Source: Callorhinchus milii (lineage: Eukaryota). From it: 64,000 nt of DNA. The position numbers and the translations under genes are program-made. The notes beneath the pieces are model-generated. The model searched no databases and was not told the DNA's origin. It worked only from the letters and a program-made list of their open reading frames with translations. Below, in pieces: positions 56,001 through 64,000 of this stretch (positions within the stretch are counted from its first letter, which is position 1; each line of letters starts with the position of its first letter). The DNA is taken from positions 16,740,001 to 16,804,000 of the forward strand of contig NW_024704746.1 of assembly GCF_018977255.1 (NCBI RefSeq). Reading direction: 5' to 3'.

Positions 56001-58587
56001 CGTCGGGAGGACGTCCGAAAGCGCTGAAACCTCACCAAGGTGAGATCAGACAACAACAGATCAGGGATTGAACCAGTCTGTGTGTCTCAGTCATCCATCG
56101 AGTCCTTGTAGAACCTGAAACTGGTTCATGATATGTGATGAAATTGCTAAAATACCGTACTGTATCACCATTTTATATTACAATAGTTACTTTCAGCATT
56201 TATTACTGTTTTTTACATTGTTATGCTTTTCATGTCACATCTTTTTTGTTTTAAATATCCAGATGCAAGGGGATGACACAGAAGTACAATATGCACCAGT
56301 TAGAAAAATATATTCCATGCCTTCTCTACCGCATCAACTAGTTCTCACTACACAAAGTCAGCAAATCCAATCATTTCCAACAGATGGTGAGTATCTGATA
56401 TAATTAGATTTTACTGTTATACTTGAGACGGAACAAGCACAGCACACAGCATACTTTAGCTGCACACAGAACTGGTGACTGCTTTGTGCGTGCCAGGGAA
56501 TATTATCGACATGGAGAGAGTGAATAGGACAGAAAATGTTTTCTTAGGTTCTTTGACAGTTTCCCTCCTCTCACCCCATACGTCAGCTTTCAAGCTAAAA
56601 TAGATGCTTTACTTTGTATATCTACATGGTTTGTTATTCACACTTTTTTGATTTTGAAAGTCGATTAGAGTTTTCCAAGCAACTTTTTTTCTTTTAGACC
56701 AGCTTATTGCACAAATAAAAGCAATGAGGCAAGAGAGAAAACATCTGGAAAAATCAAGGGGAGAACTGGTGAAGAGAGCAAGAGGACTATTATCACAAAA
56801 CCAATTGAGAAGAAACCAAGGTAGAGTCCATTATTGGGCTGTGATGTGTGAATTTAAATGTTCCCTGTGATACTCTGTAACCAAAGAAAAGTTATGCAGA
56901 AACAACTTTTACTCCTCCTTCAAGATTCCCAGGTGAGAAGCTAACCATTGCTCAATTTTCTTGGTGTACAATATTTTGGGGACCTTCATGGATATAAAAC
57001 TACCCAGGCACAGGAATTTTAATGCACAACAATGATTTGAAAAATGCTAAGAAGGAAAAGATACCACAACACTCATTGTGCTCTTCCTGGTCTGATTATC
57101 ACACGAGAGTCATGGTAATGGACCTATTTGTGATTTGCAGTATTTTCATCCATAATGTGCTAAAATATTTGTTTTACATTATATAGAGGGCCCTGCTGTG
57201 AGGCATTTACTTAAACTGACAGAGGTATTGGCACTTTTTATAGTCATCACACATGATGTAGTACTTGTTATTGCATGTAGGAAAACAAATTGGGAGTAAG
57301 GTGATGTTATAACTTAGGTTCTCCATCAATACCAATGTTTGAAAGGTTTTGATTATGCTATATATTTATACCATTTATATTTCACTATAGATATATTGCT
57401 GATCCAGAAGCTAACTGTCCCTACATTGAAACTGAAATACACATACACTTTCAGTACATAGAACCGCTTTTGAAGTGAACTCATCTTGTGAATAGACAAT
57501 GTAATACTGAATTTTATAGCAGCGACGTTTCAGGAGTCAACTCATGTGTTTGCAGCTCGTGACAGCTGGAAAAAGAAATACTTTGAATGTAAGAAGGCGA
57601 CTGCTCCATTAGAGGAAATGTCCAACACCTTGCGTCACGAGTTGGAGACACATTACCTGAAGCTCCTACGGCAGCTGGAGGCCAGGGATGCAAGGAAACA
57701 ACCCAGAAATGTAACAAATGCAAGCTCTTCCAAGGTAAATGCTGTTTTAACTTGGATACTAGGCCAGGCTTAAACCTCAAAGGTTACTTTTTTAAAAAAA
57801 TTATGAACACAATGATAATTTGTTGGTTTTGAAAAAAATACTTAACATATTTTAATTTCCTCATTTTTGTATTGAATTAATATGCTGTTCCAGAATAAGT
57901 TCATTATTCAAATTGCAACACTCAAGCATGAAATTGATCAGCTTTATAGAAAAGTGGAAAATGCCAAAATGAAGCTAATGACTGAAATAAAGGTATGAAA
58001 TTTAAATAGGCATTTGTGCTGGTTTTACTTGTTGAAATGTTTTTAACAAGTAAAGCATTTATTATCTGTACGCACTTTTCGTCAATTTTAAATTATCAGG
58101 ATTATAAACTGATTGATGTTATAGAGTGTATATTGGAATGGAAATAATGTAGGTACAAATATTAACCATAAAAATCCAAATTCAAATAACTAAGCGCTGA
58201 ACATACACTTAGTAGCTGAGCTAACAATAATCCTTGCATTTTATGCATCACCTTATCACGTCTTCCAGATATCTGAAAGTGCTTCACAGAACGTACTGTA
58301 AAGTGAATTGATGATACATTTAGTTGAAACTAATTTCGGGTGCTTTAGTTAGATGTCATACTCCGAGTGAAAGAGGTTTTGTTGTGTGTGAAGCCTAACT
58401 GAACATTGATATCTGTACTAAGTAATAACTTTTTGCAACTTGCACTCTCTTTTAGTTGAGAAATCAGGCAGCCACAGAACTCCGAGCACTCAGAGCAGAA
58501 CTGGTACAGAAAAAGGCCCAGTCATCCCAAACAAGACTGCATGGTGGTTCAGTCCCTCAAAGCCTGAATCGTTTAGCCATTAAATAA
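47017..58587 (+). CDS. SPATA1: Spermatogenesis-associated protein 1, about 560 aa. Exons: 47017-47055 (candidate first coding exon), 49384-49490, 50232-50349, 53656-53709, 53806-54310, 54552-54699, 54890-54944, 56263-56386, 56698-56820, 57556-57734, 57894-57992, 58456-58587
   Basis: VLELHVFHVPEELWNAKLNTVS..KFISAGFIR|VFPDLSLQALRQELG..FVYLKCVGRGLAV|VKAKQELELKVKSFAPPY|APQPELYLL, plus C-terminal coiled coil RDSWKKKYFE..LRNQAATELRALRAELVQKK. All phases are compatible. The first exon MKSTARDRPGTAG|GTGAGT is an inference. Confidence 0.93.
51048..51300 (-). mobile_element. L2 fragment in a SPATA1 intron
   Basis: ORF 50986-51258 includes PTLTRLHWLPIPQRIEFKMFVLTFKALHGFTPSYLCDLLTPYQP. Confidence 0.85.
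54968..55602 (-). mobile_element. CR1 LINE 3' fragment in a SPATA1 intron
   Basis: ORFs 55402-55644 ([41 protein letters not shown]) and 54897-55190 (WNSLPQKAVDAQSLNIFKTEVD), plus a CR1 3' tail. Confidence 0.92.
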
Positions 58588-58966
58588 TACATCTATACAC
58601 ATTCAATGGATGCCAAAACATTAATTGATTTTCTTGTTTATTCACAATTCCAAATGCCAAATTCCAAAGAAAACTTTCCCAGTCAAAAGATCATAATGGA
58701 ATTCATGTAAGAGGTTTACAAGAAAAAGGCAATTCAGCCCATTTGATCTCAAATTTCCAGAATACCCACCAAGTCTTATAAATCAAATTGCAATTACTTG
58801 TGCTTGTACATAAATATACAAACTAAGTTTAAAAATATATATTCCTGCAGATTTCAAGTTCATTGTTGTTAGATGATAAGCTTGAAAGGTAAGTTCAGCA
58901 TGATTCTGTTCTGCGTAGAATATTCCCCGAACTGAAGTCCATACTTTAGACTAATGAGGTTTTGGT

Positions 58967-61900
58967 TTATTGCACAGAATAACTTCCACATGAAGTATTC
59001 GTAGGACAGAGAGCATTCCACATATCTGCAGTTTGCTGCTGCACTTTAGTATCATTGCCATAGTCCAAAAGATTGCCATTCCACATGCCTATACCACGAA
59101 GACCAAATTCCTTTATGTACGCTGCCTTCAGTGAGATGCTCTGAGGATCATCGTACCACACCTGATGAAATACTTTATCCACCTGCCAAAAAAGCAAAAT
59201 AACCCGAGCAGTGAAGTTAAGTCAAGTGCTCAACACAACATGGTTGTAAATCTCCCTCTGACCAAGACAGCTATGATAATCAGATTTTACTTCACATTCA
59301 CTCATCTCAAATTAAATTCTCTGATCTCCCTCGATTACTTAAAGCAGTCTTTTTGGTGCTCACTTATGCTAAATACCCTGAAAGACTCAGTTGTAAATGG
59401 AGTCAACTCTACCTAAGTATTTGATATTCGTATACCTGGCGATGCTCTTTCAGCAGAGAATTTTTGCTCCGATAGAATATCATCTTTAAAAAAAAAAAAA
59501 GGCTCATCTGCTAAACATTCCTTCTTTCACCTATAACATCCCTCCAACTTCCCTGGACCTCAAGACTGCAAAAAATGATTTTGTTTAGTTTTCCCTTTTA
59601 AACTTTAATCTATTTTAACATAACCCTAATCTATTGTAACTTCTCCCTCTCATTTTGATATAAAATGATTTATCCTTGTATGCAGTACATTATTTTCCCA
59701 ATGAATTAGATAAGAATTTAATGAATGAATCTCCATAAAGTGCAAATTGCCTCCTTTGTTTTCCATTAAGCTTTATACCTTTATAAAGGCGAGTTGGCTT
59801 TGGAATTTGCACATTAACTCATTTCCCTAGCAATTCTTCATGTGCACACACTGGACATTCTGAACTGCACTAACTACTTCGAACTAGAATTAAACACCTT
59901 CAGTTATAAAGCAATGTATTGGTCGGAATATTAAATATATGATCAACAATAGATTTTATTTGTATTGTTTACCTGGTAGATATAGTATGGAGCTTTTTGA
60001 ACATCATCCCATATTCTGCCACTGGTTGACATCTTCACTTGCTTCATTAGTGTCCTATAAGGAACTTGATGTCCAGCAGCATCACTGCAAGGGGCACCCA
60101 TAAAAGCAACCTTGGGTATTGTGCATCTAACACCCTGCAAAGCACAACAAGACACAAATGTAAATTCTGTATTTAGGAATACAGCTGAGCCTACTTCCAA
60201 TAGACAATTTTTTTAATGCCCCTAAAGTGGTAACTCCAAAGAGGCAGCAACATGAATTGGTGATTCCCAAGAACAGGGAAGTACACACAGAAGAAAGACA
60301 ATGGCCAATTAAATTTACTACAGACAATGTTTAGATACACAAAAAGGTTTTTAAGTCCAAACAAATGTGTTTCTGAATCTTAGCTCCATTAGGATATGGT
60401 ATCTCTTTGCCTCCTCACCATATCCTTTCTCTCTCCAGAATGTTAGGTTCCTCATCCCTCAGAGGATCCAGTTCAAAATCTTCGTCCATCTTCAAGGCCC
60501 TCCACGGCCTTGCCCTCTCCTACTTCTCTGACCTGCTAACCCTTTATCAACCTATCCGCTCCCTCCACCCAGCAGGCTCTAGTGTGCTCCATGTCCACCG
60601 CCTGGCCTGCCCCACCATCGGGGGTCGGGCCTTCAGCCTCTCTGCCCCCACCCTCTAGTACTCTATCCCACATTCCCCTCAAGACCCTCCTCTTCGGCCA
60701 ACCTACTAGCATCTCCGCCCTCCACTCTTCACTTAAACCCCCCTCCCCCCAAAAAAGGCAATGAGGACCATTACTATTAAGTTCATGCCAACCTCCTACA
60801 TTTTAGATACATTTCTGTATTTCATAAGCAGTTAACCTGTGTCAATGTTGTTAATCCCCTTCATTTCAATTAAATTGTCTTGAAGTCTTTTTCAAATGGA
60901 AGCTGAGCCAACTTCCAGTAAAAGTTGTACCACTGCCTTAATACAACTGCATTTCTTGATTTCTTACTGTCATATTAAATAGAAGAAATAAAATAACAGG
61001 TAAATATAGCTCCTTACCTCTATCAAGCTCACACAAGTATAATCATAACCATACCATGGAACTCCCATCACAAGCTTTTTAGGATGAATATTCATCCTGA
61101 TATATTCCAGGTAAGCTAAGGGGAAAATTGCAGAGAATTATTTTTTATAACAACCAAAAAAAATCTCACACGCAGATATCCCTCCCACGTCTACATAAAA
61201 CAATACCCTTGCATCCTACCATATTGCACGTACATACCTTTCAAAGTCTGGTTATAGGGAGCATTGGCCATTGCAATGCAATCTCCCCAGATTTGACTCT
61301 GTTCATCATAGGACATCACAAATAAAAAATCGCAAGATTCTGCAATAGACACATAGTCATAGCATCGGCTATCAATGCAGTTTGGGGACCAAGCAACATC
61401 AAACGTGACCTAAGGATAAAAGAGTGATCAAGAAAAGAATCAATTACAATTCAAGTACTATCACAGGAAAATCATGATGAAATGAAAAGAATCAGCAACT
61501 AAAGAGGTGAATCACCAGGATATACTAAAATCGAAAGTCTCTTCACTGCAAGTGAAGCGCTATATGTGCAAAATACATTTCTATTTGCTTTGTACTGATG
61601 GTGATTACCATTTCCACTGGGCTTTCCTCTCCTCTTTAAACAGAGGCATAGCTAAGCTATTTATCATGAATGTATTATTCACCTGTGATCCAGGTATTCT
61701 GCGGTGGAATGCTTCTGTTGTTTCATTGACCAGTGCAGTGAGTGCAAAATACTCTTGGGAACCCTTTGCAACAGGGTACTCCAGGTCCAGATTGATTCCA
61801 TCCATAAATTGATTTTTTGCCAACTGCACTTGTTTATTGATCCAAGCTGTTCGATTAGCTTGATCTAGAATATCCTTTACTGGAAGATACCCTGAACAAC

Positions 61901-62648
61901 CAGAATCAAATGTGAGGACACTTCAAGTGTATATAAACAATGCATTTTTTGTAATCGAACAATTAAGGATAAGGGATCAGGTACATCTGTGAATTGGAGC
62001 ACCCTAGACTATTAGCGGAGCTATTTAATCGATTTCTAAACTGAATGAAAAGCATCAAACGCAGTAAATGTTTTTACTTTTTGTTCATGAAGTGCATTTT
62101 TTAAAAAAAACCTCCAGTTCATTGTGTGCTGCAATGAAGTGGGTGTCAATAAAAAACAGAATGCACTGTACAACCGTATTAAGACTATTTGTTGCAATAT
62201 TCTTTCACTTGGTTCAATACTGTAGCATGTATCACAAGACGTCTGTGACAAAGTTCGTTCTTACCTTTCAGGACGACACGAGCTCCTTTTGAATGAGCGT
62301 AACACATAAGTTCGGCGTCATATTTTCCAAAGGTGGCCACAGTCGTGACCTTTGACCAGTCGTAGTGCTGCCAATCCTTTTTGCCAACATCAAAGACAAA
62401 CACCTAAACCCCCCGTCCCCCCAAAAAAGGCAATGAGGACCATTACTATTAATAATTGTCAATAAGAATCAGTGTTCTTCATTTTTACAACGACTTGCAT
62501 GTATATATAGATAACATCTCACCTCAAATTCTCTGGTACCAGTGATGGGTTTGCACAGAGCAGAGTCTGTACAGGGACATCCACTGCCACAGGTGAACAG
62601 CACCACACACACCAGCACTGCCAGAGTGAGGACCACACTCTGCTCCAT
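58967..62648 (-). CDS. CTBS: Di-N-acetylchitobiase (GH18), about 373 aa. Exons: 62648-62523, 62403-62265, 61891-61683, 61409-61238, 61115-61018, 60134-59973, 59182-58967
   Basis: Signal peptide plus CPCTDSALCKPI, VFVFDVG..YDWSKVTTVA, DGINLDLE (GH18 catalytic motif), VTFDVAWSP, FLFVMSYDEQSQIW, KLVMGVPWYG, VWYDDPQSISLKA..LRGIGMWN. The start Met lies next to an N gap, so the true start could be further upstream. Confidence 0.97.
60440..60730 (+). mobile_element. L2 fragment in CTBS intron 5
   Basis: FKALHGLALSYFSDLLTLYQPIRSLH..PTIGGRAFSLSAPTL. Confidence 0.8.
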
Positions 62649-62653
62649 CCTCA

Positions 62654-62803
62654 NNNNNNNNNNNNNNNNNNNNNNNNNNNNNNNNNNNNNNNNNNNNNNN
62701 NNNNNNNNNNNNNNNNNNNNNNNNNNNNNNNNNNNNNNNNNNNNNNNNNNNNNNNNNNNNNNNNNNNNNNNNNNNNNNNNNNNNNNNNNNNNNNNNNNNN
62801 NNN
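62654..62803. other. Assembly gap (N run) covering the CTBS 5'UTR or start region
   Basis: 150 Ns. Confidence 1.
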
Positions 62804-62904
62804 CTCTTTCTCTGGGATTCAGATTCTCAGCATATATTCATTTCTTTTTTTTTGACCCGGACGTAATGAATGATGTCAATCTTTCAGTGTCTCCTTTTCC
62901 TTCC

Positions 62905-63260
62905 GTCTGTCACTCTCTCTCTCTCTCTCTTTCTCTCAAATTCACTCTCTTTCTCTTCTCCCTTTTGCCTCTGACCCTCTCACACTCTCTCTCTCTCTGT
63001 TCTCTCTTTCTGTCCCGTGTCTCACTGTTCTTCTCTCTGTCACTTACACCCACTCTCTCTCCCTCCCTCCCACTCTCTCTCTCTCTCCCTCCCTCCCACT
63101 CTCTCTCTCTCTCCCTCCCACTCTCTGATTCCTTCACTCTCCCTCTCTCCCTCCCACTCTCTCTCTCCCTCCCTCCCACTCTCTCATTCCTTCACTCACT
63201 CTCTCTCCCTCTCACTGTCTTCCTCACTCAAATCTCCCACTCACTCAGTCTCTCAGATAA
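62905..63260. repeat. CT-rich low-complexity repeat upstream of CTBS
   Basis: (CT)n and repeated ccctcccactctctctct units. Confidence 0.85.
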
Positions 63261-64000
63261 GCTCTCTGTGTATCTCACTGTGACTTGTAAAATAGATGGA
63301 GAGATGATCCCATCTGGTGTTATGAGGACACTCTCTCTCACTGTGATTGTGGAGTCCCTCTGCCCCTGTTAATGAAGCACTTTCTTTTTTCTCTTTCTCT
63401 CTCACTGACTGCCTGACCTCACTGACTCACTCATTATGAGCTGTACACAAACCTCCTCCTCTGCTGCTGTTGACCAAGCACTTGACCAAGGCTGACTGAC
63501 CTTCCAGTCTGGTCACTGGTTACAGCAAACATTATAACACCAGATCAAACATCCATCCAAGTATACATTACTGCTGGAAGTGACCTTTCCTGCAACCTCA
63601 CTGGCCATGGTTAGGATGTAATATATACTGTATATCTTAAAATGTTCCTGCATTTACACTAGAGCAACCCATCCATCAATCAGCATCATGTAAGATCAGC
63701 AACCAGTGCCTGATTCCCCCCCCCACCCATTGGGGTGCAACTCACAACATTATTGTATAGAGTACACAGAGGCTCCTGTTTTGAGTTGTGTGTGAACAAT
63801 ACACCAAACTACAGCAAGTTTCGTTTCATTATAAAACAACATTATACAACAATGCTCACTAGATGGCAGCATAAGAATTCGATCAAAATAGACTTTGCTG
63901 TAAACTGACAATTGAAAGTAAAGTACATTAAGAATTGTATGTCCTTTTTTGCCTAATGTAATGAATTCAGGGGATTCTGTAATTAATTCCATTACTTGTT

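Overview
Eukaryotic (vertebrate) genomic DNA, not prokaryotic. The repeat content (CR1 and L2 LINEs, tRNA-derived and Deu-domain SINEs, a palindromic shark-type element) suggests a cartilaginous fish such as a chimaera or shark; this is an inference. Splicing by hand gives seven multi-exon genes in the order SAMD13(+, 5' end outside the window), UOX(-), DNASE2B(+), RPF1(+), GNG5(-), SPATA1(+), CTBS(-), the same order as the human 1p22 block where UOX is a pseudogene. All reading frames splice in phase without stops. There are three assembly gaps (43685-43964, 44348-44677, 62654-62803). I found no wholly new biological system. The best leads are: three extra in-frame upstream SAMD13 exons; a U12-type intron plus a GC-AG intron in RPF1; a degenerate duplicate of RPF1 exon 3 that could act as a poison exon; a probable GC-AG intron in DNASE2B; a TIR-bounded ~870-bp element in the GNG5 intron; internal repeats in SPATA1; a duplicated CTBS acceptor region; and a palindrome with hammerhead-like remnants.
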